From: Burkholderiales bacterium
Lineage (GTDB): Bacteria > Pseudomonadota > Gammaproteobacteria > Burkholderiales > JBBRTU01
Assembly (NCBI GenBank): GCA_038244115.1
Contig: JBBRTU010000005.1
Location: 866-64,865, forward strand
Direction: 5' to 3'
Length of the DNA stretch: 64,000 nucleotides
In this document: piece after piece, positions 31,871 to 40,463 of the stretch
Layout of the letters: each line of letters begins with the position of its first letter
Numbering within the stretch: the first letter of the stretch is position 1
Position numbers and translations under genes: made by a program
The notes under the pieces: generated by a model
Told to the model about the DNA's origin: nothing
Seen by the model: the letters and a program-made list of their open reading frames with translations, nothing else
Databases searched by the model: none

Positions 31871-31955
31871 GAACCAATGCTGTCGACCAGCCATGGTTGG
31901 CAACATGCCTCAAGCATGTCCTAGACTAACAGGAAAGGTTCACTTGGAGGATCAT

Positions 31956-32786
31956 ATGAAAAAAACAGTATTAGCATTGCTTGGAAGCGTTTTTCTGACT
32001 TCTGCGGTTCCCGCTCACGCGACACCGGAACAAGACCGCAAGGGGATTATCGAGTTTTACAAAAAGCGCCTTCCCAAACTCCAGTTCAAGGATTATGTTT
32101 ACGGTGCACTGGCATTGAGTACTGACTCGATGAATCAATACAAAGCCATCATGGATTTCCCGCCTTTCGGGAACGTGATCGAGGCTGGCAGTAAAATGTG
32201 GGCAACGCCGTTCAAGAACGGCAAAACCTACGCAAGCTGTTTCCCTAACGGCGGAAAAAATGTGGCCGGAAACTATCCCTATTTCGATGACAAACTGGGT
32301 AAGGTCGTTACTTTAGAGATGACGATCAACCAATGCCGCAAGGACAACGGCGAGGCGGAGTACAAGTATGGCGATGGCGCTACGATGGACACACTGACTG
32401 CCTACGCGCGCACCTTGTCGGATGGCATGCCGATGAACATCAAGGTGGAAAGTCCTGCTGCCGTGGCAGCATATGAAGCAGGCAAAACGCATTACTATAC
32501 CCGCCGCGGCCAGCTGAATTTTGCTTGCGCCACCTGCCATGTCGACAATGCCGGCAACATCATACGCACTGAAATTCTCTCGCCTTCACTAGGTGCAGCC
32601 ACGCACTGGCCGGTATTCAGAGGAGGAGACAATCTGGTAACGTTGCAGGAGCGATTTGTCGGCTGTAACAAACTGGTGCGTGCAGTTCCATTTGCTGTAG
32701 GTAGCGAAGAATACAACAATCTGGAGTATTTCTTCTCCTACATGAGCAATGGCCTGCCAATGAAGGCTTCAGTCTTCCGGAAATAA
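31956..32786 (+). CDS. soxA: Sulfur-oxidation c-type cytochrome SoxA (single CxxCH)
   Basis: Signal peptide, one heme motif CATCH, and a conserved downstream Cys (FVGCNKL). Start trimmed to the ATG at 31956, preceded by GGAGG. Confidence 0.85.
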   Translation: MKKTVLALLGSVFLTSAVPAHATPEQDRKGIIEFYKKRLPKLQFKDYVYGALALSTDSMNQYKAIMDFPPFGNVIEAGSKMWATPFKNGKTYASCFPNGGKNVAGNYPYFDDKLGKVVTLEMTINQCRKDNGEAEYKYGDGATMDTLTAYARTLSDGMPMNIKVESPAAVAAYEAGKTHYYTRRGQLNFACATCHVDNAGNIIRTEILSPSLGAATHWPVFRGGDNLVTLQERFVGCNKLVRAVPFAVGSEEYNNLEYFFSYMSNGLPMKASVFRK

Positions 32787-32933
32787 CCCTTGTTAATAGC
32801 CCGGGTGGCCTCATGCAGCCACCCGGGCTATTGAATTCCCCCATAAATTTTGAATTACATTGGCTGCCACTCGATTCATTGCGGCACGTGCTGTCGCGCG
32901 CTTTGGCGCCTGAAAAATTAGGAGCGCTTTAAG

Positions 32934-34649
32934 ATGATGAACCGTCGTGAATTCTTGCAGATCTTGGCGGCTGCGGCTGCTTCCGGCCTGGTGCTTGATA
33001 GCCGCAACGCGATGGCAGCCGGGAATCCGGGTGGTTACTATGATATGCCAAAATTCGGCAACGTCAGCCTGCTCCATTTCACCGATTGCCACGCCCAGTT
33101 GCTGCCCATTTATTTCCGCGAGCCTAACGTCAACCTGGGCATCGCTGCAAGCAGTGGGCACGCGCCCCACCTGGTGGGTGAAAAACTGCTTAAAGCGTTC
33201 GGCATTCGCCCTGGCACGCCAGAAGCGCACGCTTTCACTTACCTGGATTTTGAGAAGGCCGCGCGTACCTACGGAAGAGTTGGCGGCTTCGCCCATCTCG
33301 CCACGCTGGTAAAAATGCTGCGCGCCAACCGTCCCGGCGCGCTTTTGCTGGATGGCGGCGACACCTGGCAAGGTTCCGCCACCGCGCTATGGACCAAAGG
33401 CCAGGACATGGTCGACGCCGGCAAACTACTCGGCGTCAACATCATGACGGGCCACTGGGAATTCACCCTGGGCGCAGACCGGGTGAAGCAAATTGTCGAC
33501 AACGACTTCAAGGGCAACCTAGACTTTATCGCCCAGAACATCAAAACCAAAGACTTTGGCGACCAGGTTTTTTCGCCCTACGTCATCAAGGAAATGAACG
33601 GCGTGCCGGTCGCCATTATCGGTCAGGCCTTCCCCTACACACCCATCGCCAACCCGGGTTACATGGTGCCTGACTGGAGCTTCGGCATCCAGGACGACCA
33701 CATGCAACAGATGGTGGATGAAGCCCGTGCCAAAGGCGCCCAGGTAGTCGTCTTGCTATCGCATAACGGCATGGATGTGGATCTTAAAATGGCCTCCCGC
33801 GTCACCGGCATCGATGCCATTTTGGGCGGCCACACGCATGATGGCGTTCCGCTGCCAACCATGGTCAAAAATAGCAAGGGACAAACCCTGGTAAGCAACG
33901 CAGGCTCCAACGGAAAGTTTCTGGCCGTGCTCGATTTCGATGTAAGAAACGGCAAGATAGTCGGCCATCAGTACAAACTATTACCCATATTCTCCAACCT
34001 GCTCGAACCCGACCGCGCCATGAGCGAGCTGATCGAAAAAGCGCGCGCACCCTATGCGGACAAGCTGAACGAGAAACTGGCCGTCACTGAAGATCTGCTC
34101 TATCGCCGTGGCAACTTCAACGGCACCTTCGACCAACTCATCCTGGATGCCCTGATCGCGGTAAAAGGTGCGGATCTGGCCTTCTCCCCCGGCTTCCGCT
34201 GGGGCACCACGCTGCTGCCGGGCGAAGCCATCACCATGGAACGGCTGATGGATCAGACAGCCATCACCTACCCCTCCACTACACTCACGGAAATGACCGG
34301 CGAAACCATCAAGCTGATCCTGGAAGACGTGTGCGACAACCTGTTCAACGCCGACCCCTACTACCAGCAAGGCGGCGACATGGTACGCGTAGGCGCCATG
34401 ACGTACACCTGCAACCCGGGCCAGAAGATCGGCAAGCGCATCAGCGAAATGCGCCTCAAAGGCAAACTGATCGACCCGCAGAAAAAGTATAAGGTAGCTG
34501 GATGGGCACCCGTTTCCGAAAACGCGGCAGGCGGCGAGCCAATCTGGGATGTCGTCGCAACCTATCTGCGCGACATCAAAGTAGTCAAACCACACACACT
34601 CAATTTGCCCAAGCTGATTGGTGTTTCGGGCAACCCCGGCATTGCCTGA
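32934..34649 (+). CDS. soxB: Thiosulfohydrolase SoxB
   Basis: Tat-type signal (NRREFLQILAAAAA). Metallophosphoesterase / 5'-nucleotidase architecture (HFTDCH...GGDTWQGS...GHWEF...SHNG...GGHTH). Confidence 0.92.
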   Translation: MMNRREFLQILAAAAASGLVLDSRNAMAAGNPGGYYDMPKFGNVSLLHFTDCHAQLLPIYFREPNVNLGIAASSGHAPHLVGEKLLKAFGIRPGTPEAHAFTYLDFEKAARTYGRVGGFAHLATLVKMLRANRPGALLLDGGDTWQGSATALWTKGQDMVDAGKLLGVNIMTGHWEFTLGADRVKQIVDNDFKGNLDFIAQNIKTKDFGDQVFSPYVIKEMNGVPVAIIGQAFPYTPIANPGYMVPDWSFGIQDDHMQQMVDEARAKGAQVVVLLSHNGMDVDLKMASRVTGIDAILGGHTHDGVPLPTMVKNSKGQTLVSNAGSNGKFLAVLDFDVRNGKIVGHQYKLLPIFSNLLEPDRAMSELIEKARAPYADKLNEKLAVTEDLLYRRGNFNGTFDQLILDALIAVKGADLAFSPGFRWGTTLLPGEAITMERLMDQTAITYPSTTLTEMTGETIKLILEDVCDNLFNADPYYQQGGDMVRVGAMTYTCNPGQKIGKRISEMRLKGKLIDPQKKYKVAGWAPVSENAAGGEPIWDVVATYLRDIKVVKPHTLNLPKLIGVSGNPGIA

Positions 34650-34659
34650 TTAAACATGC

Positions 34660-34701
34660 ACCGGCTGAAGCCGGTAGGCTTGAGTGCGGACTGAAAGTCC
34701 G
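34660..34701 (+). terminator. Two tandem stem-loops after soxB (possible terminator or REP-like)
   Basis: ACCGGC-tgaa-GCCGGT and CGGACT-gaa-AGTCCG. Neither has a U-tract, so function is uncertain. Confidence 0.3.
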
Positions 34702-34782
34702 GTCACGCCTCGATAACTGCATCGTATACCAATCATCGTCGCTGCCCGAAGATTTTTTCGACAGTACACAGGCCAATGTGCG

Positions 34783-35145
34783 CTATGCGGCTAAGTCGAT
34801 TTCTGCTTCCATGCTGATTTTATCGAAGGGTACTGACACGCCCTTATCACCCTGCTCAATCAAACCAAACCGCTTGAGCAGCTTCACATCGTCATACACA
34901 TTTTTGTAGTCACGACCGAGTGCACGGGCAAGCGCAGCAATCCGCAGAGCTCCATGATGCCTCAACACAGACAACAGGTGCAGCCGGGTATTGGAGAGCG
35001 TCCGAAACATGGTCACAGCATCCTCGAAGTAGAGACGCTCCGTCGGCACCTTCGGCGATTTCCCTTTTTCGGCCCGCTCCCAAGTGTCACCGAATTCACG
35101 GAAAAACTGATCGTCCGAAGCGATAGCAATTTTAAGCGTTTTCAT
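34783..35145 (-). CDS. Winged-helix DNA-binding protein (MarR/antitoxin-like), no partner gene
   Basis: 120 aa. LHLLSVLRHHGALRIAALARALGRDYKNVYDDVKLLKRFGLIE looks like a wHTH. Start trimmed to the ATG at 35145, with an AAGGAGA RBS. Confidence 0.6.
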   Translation of the reverse strand: MKTLKIAIASDDQFFREFGDTWERAEKGKSPKVPTERLYFEDAVTMFRTLSNTRLHLLSVLRHHGALRIAALARALGRDYKNVYDDVKLLKRFGLIEQGDKGVSVPFDKISMEAEIDLAA

Positions 35146-35166
35146 TTTTTGATCTCCTTTCTCACA

Positions 35167-36120
35167 AAACGAAGGGGTCACACAAAACGAAGGGGTCAGG
35201 TCTAGACATTCCACTTCTCATCGCTCCCCACTAATCACCTTACTCACCATCGAATAGTGTATCTCCGACTGGCGCGCAATGGCCGCCATCGTGTAGCCGT
35301 ATTCGAGATAGGCGCGCCGGATTGTCTCATCGCGCGTTTGCTTGTCCTCCCGCACCCTCGCCGGAAACAGCGCCTTCAAGCTGGGCCGGTGCGCCAGGCG
35401 CTGAGCGCGCGGTATCTCCTTGAGGTCACTCTTTCCCTCAAGCAGCGGCTGCATCCGCTCCACAAATTGTTCCGAGCCGAGCAATACCTGCCCTTTCAAC
35501 TCCAGCCAAGGCGAGGGCAAGTTCTTTCCCTGCGCCACAAACGCCACATACTTGCGCCGGGCCACGGCGCGGCTGCGGCCAAACTGGCTTAACACCCAGT
35601 CTGTGGTCAACCACTCCGGTGCTGGCTGACTCCCGGCGGTTGCCAGGTAGTTGCTCCAAGGGTAGCGGTTGATATTTTTTACCATCTTGGCTCGAATGGG
35701 GTTGAGCACCACGTAGCGGCAAAGTTCTAGAAGATAACTATCCCGATCCACCATAATAGCTTTGAAGCGACCCTGGAATAGATGGCCAACACGGACGTGG
35801 CGGCGGTTGAAACGTTGGGTATACACGCCATTGAGCTGGCGCATGCCCAGCGAGAGATTGCTATCCGGCGTCTCAATCAGCAGATGATAGTGGTTGTCCA
35901 TCAGGCAGTAGGCGTGGCACAACCAGCCAAAGCGCGTAACCGCTTCCTCCAGCACGGCAAGAAACAGCAGCCTGTCTTCATCATCGGTAAAGATAGCCCC
36001 CTGCGCATTGCCACGAGAGGTCACGTGATAGATTGCACCAGGGAATTCGAGACGGAGGGGACGGGACATAAGCGAAGCTTACGCCAGCAAGGCTGAAATG
36101 TCTAGACCTGACCCTTTCGT
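35167..36120 (-). mobile_element. RAYT unit: tyrosine transposase gene bracketed by inverted REPs
   Basis: REP at 35185-35209 (AAACGAAGGGGTCAGGTCTAGACAT) and its inverted copy at 36098-36120 (ATGTCTAGACCTGACCCTTTCGT) flank the gene. Confidence 0.75.
35218..36069 (-). CDS. REP-associated tyrosine transposase (RAYT, IS200/IS605-like Y1 HUH), with DnaA-C-like HTH tail
   Basis: IYHVTSRGN, HUH motif NHYHLL, catalytic region RYVVLNPIRA. The C-terminal tail YTMAAIARQSEIHYSMVSKV is HTH-like. Confidence 0.85.
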   Translation of the reverse strand: MSRPLRLEFPGAIYHVTSRGNAQGAIFTDDEDRLLFLAVLEEAVTRFGWLCHAYCLMDNHYHLLIETPDSNLSLGMRQLNGVYTQRFNRRHVRVGHLFQGRFKAIMVDRDSYLLELCRYVVLNPIRAKMVKNINRYPWSNYLATAGSQPAPEWLTTDWVLSQFGRSRAVARRKYVAFVAQGKNLPSPWLELKGQVLLGSEQFVERMQPLLEGKSDLKEIPRAQRLAHRPSLKALFPARVREDKQTRDETIRRAYLEYGYTMAAIARQSEIHYSMVSKVISGER

Positions 36121-36232
36121 ATTCTTTTGTACTGTTTTCGAATCTGCCATAGCGCTTGCGTTTTTGAAAAAGTGATACTAACATCTACCTAACAATCACA
36201 TCTAGATACACATCCATTTTCAGGAGCAAGCC

Positions 36233-36481
36233 ATGCAAACCCTACTGGCACACAAGACCGTATCAATGACCGAATTGCGCGAACCTGCCAAAGTCTTCAG
36301 CCAGGCTGGTGGCAAAGCCGTTGCCATCATGAATCGCAATCAGGTAGTTGGTTACTTTGTCCCGACGGCTGCCGTTGAGAAAATCCAGTTTGAGGCGGCA
36401 ACTTTGGCAGATGTTGAAGCAACGCTCACGCAACGACGACCCTTTATCGGTGGGGTTCTCAAATATCTGGAAGATAAGTGA
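36233..36481 (+). CDS. Phd/YefM-family antitoxin
   Basis: 82 aa. KTVSMTELREPAKVF...AVAIMNRNQVVGYFVP. Its stop overlaps the GTG of doc (GTGA). Confidence 0.85.
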   Translation: MQTLLAHKTVSMTELREPAKVFSQAGGKAVAIMNRNQVVGYFVPTAAVEKIQFEAATLADVEATLTQRRPFIGGVLKYLEDK

Positions 36482-36849
36482 AATTCCTGACATCTGAACA
36501 TGTCGTCATTATCCACAATCACGTAATCAACCCGGGTGATCTCCAGGGAGAAGCATTACAGAAGTCCATTGAGGCTGTCGTGGCTCGCGTGGAGAATCGA
36601 TTGACCTACGGTCTGATTGACGATGTTTTTGATCTGGCCGCCTGCTATGCAGCATACATCGCCGTGGCCCACGCCTTTAATGATGCTAATAAACGCACAG
36701 CCTTTGCATCCATGGATGCCGTGCTGGCGCTTAACGGTATCGAACTTTCCTACGAATCCGAAGAGGCTGGCGACATGGTTCGCAAGATCGTATTGGGGCA
36801 TGCGGATGAACGTGACTTGGCGGAATGGCTCCGGGTGCTTGCACGATAG
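36478..36849 (+). CDS. doc: Doc (death-on-curing) Fic-family toxin
   Basis: Fic/Doc motif HAFNDANKRTA. 123 aa. Confidence 0.9.
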   Translation: MKFLTSEHVVIIHNHVINPGDLQGEALQKSIEAVVARVENRLTYGLIDDVFDLAACYAAYIAVAHAFNDANKRTAFASMDAVLALNGIELSYESEEAGDMVRKIVLGHADERDLAEWLRVLAR

Positions 36850-36893
36850 ACTTGCCAATATATGGCATTTGCATAACCCGGCTTTCCGTTCGT

Positions 36894-36935
36894 TTGCTAC
36901 TCAGACCACAATGTCTAGACTTGACCCCTTTGTTG
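36894..36935 (+). repeat. REP copy (GTCTAGAC core)
   Basis: TTGCTACTCAGACCACAATGTCTAGACTTGACCCCTTTGTTG. Nearly identical to 37761-37800. Confidence 0.8.
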
Positions 36936-36974
36936 TGCTTTTGTTTACGGACGATGTTGCGAGTTGAAAGAGGG

Positions 36975-37262
36975 TCAGGCTGCTTCAAGTTCGACGTGAA
37001 CGCGGCAGCCGAGCGCAGCAGCGATGTTCACCAAGGCGTCAAGCGAGAAGCGTGAAATTCGACCACGCAGCAAATCGTTAACACGCGGTTGAGTCACACC
37101 GCAATGACCAGCGGCCTCAAGCTGCGTCCATCCTTTTTCTTCAATAACGACAGTAATCTTGTCCATTAGTTCTGAGCGCAACCGCAGATTGACCGCTTCC
37201 TCGGGCGTGTCAGTAATAGCATCCCACACACTGGCGTAACTTTCGATCTTCGGTTTGCTCAT
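36975..37262 (-). CDS. XRE-family HTH antitoxin (HigA-like)
   Basis: 95 aa. GWTQLEAAGHCGVTQPRVNDLLRGRISRFSLDALVNIAAALG. ATGA overlap with the upstream toxin gene. Confidence 0.8.
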   Translation of the reverse strand: MSKPKIESYASVWDAITDTPEEAVNLRLRSELMDKITVVIEEKGWTQLEAAGHCGVTQPRVNDLLRGRISRFSLDALVNIAAALGCRVHVELEAA

Positions 37263-37585
37263 TTTTCACCTCTCATCAGTTGTGCAAAGCGTGCCTTCGC
37301 AGTCTCTATGTCTCGTTTCGACGTGGCCTGTGTTTTCTTCTGGAAAGCATGAAGAACGTAAACCGCATCAACCAGACGAGCTGTGTAGATCACTCGGAAG
37401 GTACCTGCGTCATCCCACACCCGAATTTCTTCAACGCCTTTGCCAATTGATGGCATAGACTTAAAGTCATCGGGCTGCTTGCCGTTCTGCACCTTGTCAA
37501 GTTGGCGTCCCGCATCTTGCCGCGCATCGATCGGGAACTCACGCAAGCACTTGAGCGAGTCGCCGAGGAATCGTACTGGTTTCAT
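37259..37585 (-). CDS. RelE/HigB-type toxin (Gp49-like, DUF891)
   Basis: GVEEIRVWDDAGTFRVIYTARLVDAVYVLHAFQKKTQ. Start trimmed to the ATG at 37585. Confidence 0.8.
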   Translation of the reverse strand: MKPVRFLGDSLKCLREFPIDARQDAGRQLDKVQNGKQPDDFKSMPSIGKGVEEIRVWDDAGTFRVIYTARLVDAVYVLHAFQKKTQATSKRDIETAKARFAQLMRGEK

Positions 37586-37651
37586 ATTGAAATGATATCC
37601 GTTTGGATATAGGAAAGCAAGCAAGGGCTATCGTACGATTATTCTGATTTC

Positions 37652-37707
37652 CGAGAGGTCACGTGATAGATTGCGCTAGAGAATTCTAGCCGTAGGGGAC
37701 GGGACAT
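37652..37707 (-). pseudogene. 5' remnant of a second RAYT gene (first ~18 codons only)
   Basis: 37652-37760 aligns with 36014-36120, which is the RAYT N-terminus, its leader and the REP. Reads MSRPLRLEFSSAIYHVTS, then homology ends abruptly. Confidence 0.75.
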
Positions 37708-37735
37708 GAACAAAGCTTACGCCTGCAAAACAGTT

Positions 37736-37823
37736 ATGTCTAGACCTGACCCCTTTGTGTTTCTACTCAGACTACAATGTCTAGACTTGACCCCTTTGTT
37801 GCCTGTGACCCCTTTGTTGCCTG
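37736..37823 (+). repeat. Two REP copies, the second with a duplicated GACCCCTTTGTTGCCTG tail
   Basis: ATGTCTAGACCTGACCCCTTTGTG at 37736-37759. ATGTCTAGACTTGACCCCTTTGTTGCCTGTGACCCCTTTGTTGCCTG at 37777-37823. Confidence 0.8.
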
Positions 37824-37829
37824 TTGGAT

Positions 37830-37857
37830 AAAAAAAGCCCCTCACGAGGAGGGGCTT
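37830..37857 (-). terminator. Rho-independent terminator of pilA
   Basis: On the minus strand: AGCCCCTC-ctcgt-GAGGGGCT followed by TTTTTTT. Confidence 0.75.
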
Positions 37858-37909
37858 CTGGATTCGATGGGTATCGCTACGCTCTACCCATCCTACACTT
37901 GCTATACAA

Positions 37910-38380
37910 CTACTTGCACAACCCGGCGGCTAAACAGGTGGAAGCTGCCCCTGTGGCCCAGGTGACGTTGGCTGACCCGCCCGCGCCCGCAGCACCGAGA
38001 GTTGGAACAAGAACAAATGTCTCGCCCGTAAGTCCATTAGCGGTAGCAGCTGTTGCTGTAATCGTCCCAGTGGCGGAGACTGTCATGCTGGCCAAGTTGC
38101 CAGATGCAAGAGGCATAGCGGGCATGCCTTTCGCGCTAGCAGCGATACCTGCGATAGCACCAGCTACAATACAGGTACCATCTGTAACACACTCTTCCAC
38201 AGCCAGTTTAATTGGGGACGTGGCCTGTACTATTTCAGTAAACCTGGCCTTCCTTGTGTAGTTCTGGTAACTCGGAATCGCAACCGCAGCCAAAATACCG
38301 ATAATCGCCACCACGATCATCAGCTCGATCAGGGTAAAACCTTGCTGGCCTTTATTAATTCGAATGTCAGACATGTTCAT
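37910..38380 (-). CDS. pilA: Type IV pilin
   Basis: Prepilin cleavage and methylation site [31 protein letters not shown]-terminal Cys pair. The leader (12-14 aa) is somewhat long. Confidence 0.88.
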   Translation of the reverse strand: MNMSDIRINKGQQGFTLIELMIVVAIIGILAAVAIPSYQNYTRKARFTEIVQATSPIKLAVEECVTDGTCIVAGAIAGIAASAKGMPAMPLASGNLASMTVSATGTITATAATANGLTGETFVLVPTLGAAGAGGSANVTWATGAASTCLAAGLCK

Positions 38381-38439
38381 GATGTCACTCCTTCTGCTAG
38401 TTGAAAAGAAAACACATAACGTGTTTGTTCAAAGACAGC

Positions 38440-38455
38440 AGCAAGCACCGTGCCA
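38440..38455 (-). promoter_or_regulatory. Sigma54 (-24/-12) promoter upstream of pilA
   Basis: The minus strand reads TGGCACGGTGCTTGCT, an exact fit to TGGCAC-N5-TTGCW, about 60 nt upstream of the pilA ATG. AGGAG RBS at 38388-38392. Confidence 0.65.
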
Positions 38456-38823
38456 GGGTTTGCGACGTGGCCAGTTTGCGCAACAAATTTTGACCGTTGC
38501 GACGCGGCGACACAGCCGGACAAGGCTGGAATGCCTTATGTTTAAAGGCGCTTTGCGGGCCAGCGTGCGGCGGCCCCATTTATCCGAATTAACTGTTGAA
38601 GTATTAATCACCCTCTACAACGAAAAAATTCTCGCCCACTCAGCATTGCCCATGCCGTCTAAAACTGACGCGCTGCGTCACTTGTTTTCTTGGTGGTAAA
38701 TTTCTGCAAGGGTGAGGAAACACAACGCCATGTGCGTATTTCAACCCCAACCATCCACGGGGGCGAACAGATATCGCAGGACGTGAGTGTTGCGATTTAT
38801 ACCTGTTCATATATAATCAACTC

Positions 38824-39204
38824 ATGTCCCCCGCCCAAGAAAAGCCGCTTGAATGGATCGGCAGTAGCCACAAAGATTTAATGGTGTTGCCAATTGATAT
38901 ACGCCGGTTCTTCGGCTATGCCCTCTCACTGGCCCAGAGCGAGGATAAACACGATGCCGCAAAAGTGCTCAAGGGCTTTGGTGGTGCCGGAGTCCTTGAG
39001 GTGGTCGAAGACGATGCGGGTGGCACGTATCGCGCCGTCTACACCGTGAAATTCGAGGAAGCCGTGTTCGTCCCGCACTGCTTCCAGAAGAAGAGCAAAC
39101 GCGGAATTGCCACGCTAAAAGAGGACTTGGACATCATTCGCGCAAGGCTCAAGGTGGCCGAAGCGTTAGCAAAGGAGCTACGGAATGAAAAAACGGATCA
39201 TTGA
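38824..39204 (+). CDS. RelE/HigB-type toxin (Gp49-like), second paralog
   Basis: GVLEVVEDDAGGTYRAVYTVKFEEAVFVPHCFQKKSK. Same architecture as 37259-37585. Confidence 0.75.
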   Translation: MSPAQEKPLEWIGSSHKDLMVLPIDIRRFFGYALSLAQSEDKHDAAKVLKGFGGAGVLEVVEDDAGGTYRAVYTVKFEEAVFVPHCFQKKSKRGIATLKEDLDIIRARLKVAEALAKELRNEKTDH

Positions 39205-39520
39205 CGGAATCGAAGTGCAGCGCAGTTCCGGCAACGTGTACGCCGATCTTGGCCTGCATGACGCGGAAAAGCTCAAGATCAAAACCGGCTTGGTCATCGA
39301 AATTCGGAAGGCTATGCGCCGTCTTGGGCTGACCCAACAAGCGGCAGCAAAGCGCATGGGCATCACCCAGCCCAAGGTGTCCGACATGATGCGCGGGGAT
39401 TTCACGAACCTGTCCGAGCGCAAACTGATGGACTGCTTGAATCGGCTTGGCTATGACATCGAAATCAAGGTGAAACCCGCCGCTGAACCGATTGGTCACT
39501 TGATGATCGCCGTCGCCTGA
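39185..39520 (+). CDS. XRE-family HTH antitoxin (HigA-like), second paralog
   Basis: LGLTQQAAAKRMGITQPKVSDMMRGDFTNLSERKLMDCLNRLG. Overlaps the toxin gene by 20 nt. Confidence 0.8.
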   Translation: MKKRIIDGIEVQRSSGNVYADLGLHDAEKLKIKTGLVIEIRKAMRRLGLTQQAAAKRMGITQPKVSDMMRGDFTNLSERKLMDCLNRLGYDIEIKVKPAAEPIGHLMIAVA

Positions 39521-39624
39521 GCATAATGGGTACCCGCTACGGCCAGCAGATGGGGTCGTTGGACTTCGTGAGTTCAGCTTTTAGGTAGCGCAGGGGCCGG
39601 AGCTGGTAATAATTTTCGAGCGCC

Positions 39625-39900
39625 CTATCGATCTTCTCGCGTGTGCCAGAGCCGCAGTACGTAGAGCGTCGACTCCCGAATCTCGTAACGCATCTCATAG
39701 CGACCCACCAGAATGCGGCGCACCTCGCGCGGTGCAAACTCGTCCAACTTCTCTCCAATGCGCGGATTCGCCAGCAAGTTTGTCGGTGCAGCGATCAACG
39801 ATTGTACGGTGTGCGCCGCCGCCAACCTGTTCACCGAAGCTAAAAACTCATACAGTCGCGCCAAGTCGGACAACCCCTTGGTTGTCCATTTCAAATCCAT
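39625..39900 (-). CDS. ParE/RelE-family toxin
   Basis: 91 aa. ...REVRRILVGRYEMRYEIRESTLYVLRLWHTRE. Start trimmed to the ATG at 39900, which overlaps the antitoxin stop by 1 nt (TAATG). Confidence 0.8.
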   Translation of the reverse strand: MDLKWTTKGLSDLARLYEFLASVNRLAAAHTVQSLIAAPTNLLANPRIGEKLDEFAPREVRRILVGRYEMRYEIRESTLYVLRLWHTREDR

Positions 39901-40160
39901 TAACGCGGCACCGGCAACGGTTTGTCGGTGCTGAGGCTGTCTGCCCATGCCTGCACGGCTTGATGGTCGATCACTCGCCCGGCATCAACATCTGCCAACG
40001 CTTCTTGTGTCAGGCGACTGCGTTCTTCCTCCTGGTCGATCCAGGCGGACAGCGCTTGTTTCATAATCCAGCCACGCGAGCGCTCCAAGCGAGCGGCCAT
40101 TTGATCGACCCTTTCGGCTAATGGTAGCGGGACGTGGGCAGTCAACACTTTTGTGTTCAT
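39900..40160 (-). CDS. Ribbon-helix-helix (CopG/ParD-like) antitoxin
   Basis: MNTKVLTAHVPLPLAERVDQMAARLERSRGWIMKQAL. GGAGG RBS upstream. Start trimmed to the ATG at 40160. Confidence 0.75.
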   Translation of the reverse strand: MNTKVLTAHVPLPLAERVDQMAARLERSRGWIMKQALSAWIDQEEERSRLTQEALADVDAGRVIDHQAVQAWADSLSTDKPLPVPR

Positions 40161-40463
40161 GAGGCACCTCCTTTTAATCAAAATTAATCATAATGATTTG
40201 CCGTGATTAAAGCAAGATGAGGCTGGTTGGCAATAGTGTAGTCCAACGGGTTACGCTACAATCCGCTTTGCATAATATTGTTGTATAAATGCGCGGGTGA
40301 CAAGTAGCCAAAGCGTGCCGGAAACCCCGTGCATACGTCTGGATACCCATCTGCGCGGGTATGACGCAGTCTTTTCTAATTCGTGCCGAAGCAATAGCCA
40401 CCCTAACAATTAACAATTAGCCCGGTCTTAGCTAATGTGTGAGTTCATTACCGGAGATTTGCC

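Noticed and set aside
37824-38261. 145 aa Ala/Pro-rich ORF overlapping pilA on the opposite strand
   Set aside because: It is the antisense frame of the pilin gene. The pilin has a clear prepilin motif, promoter, RBS and terminator.
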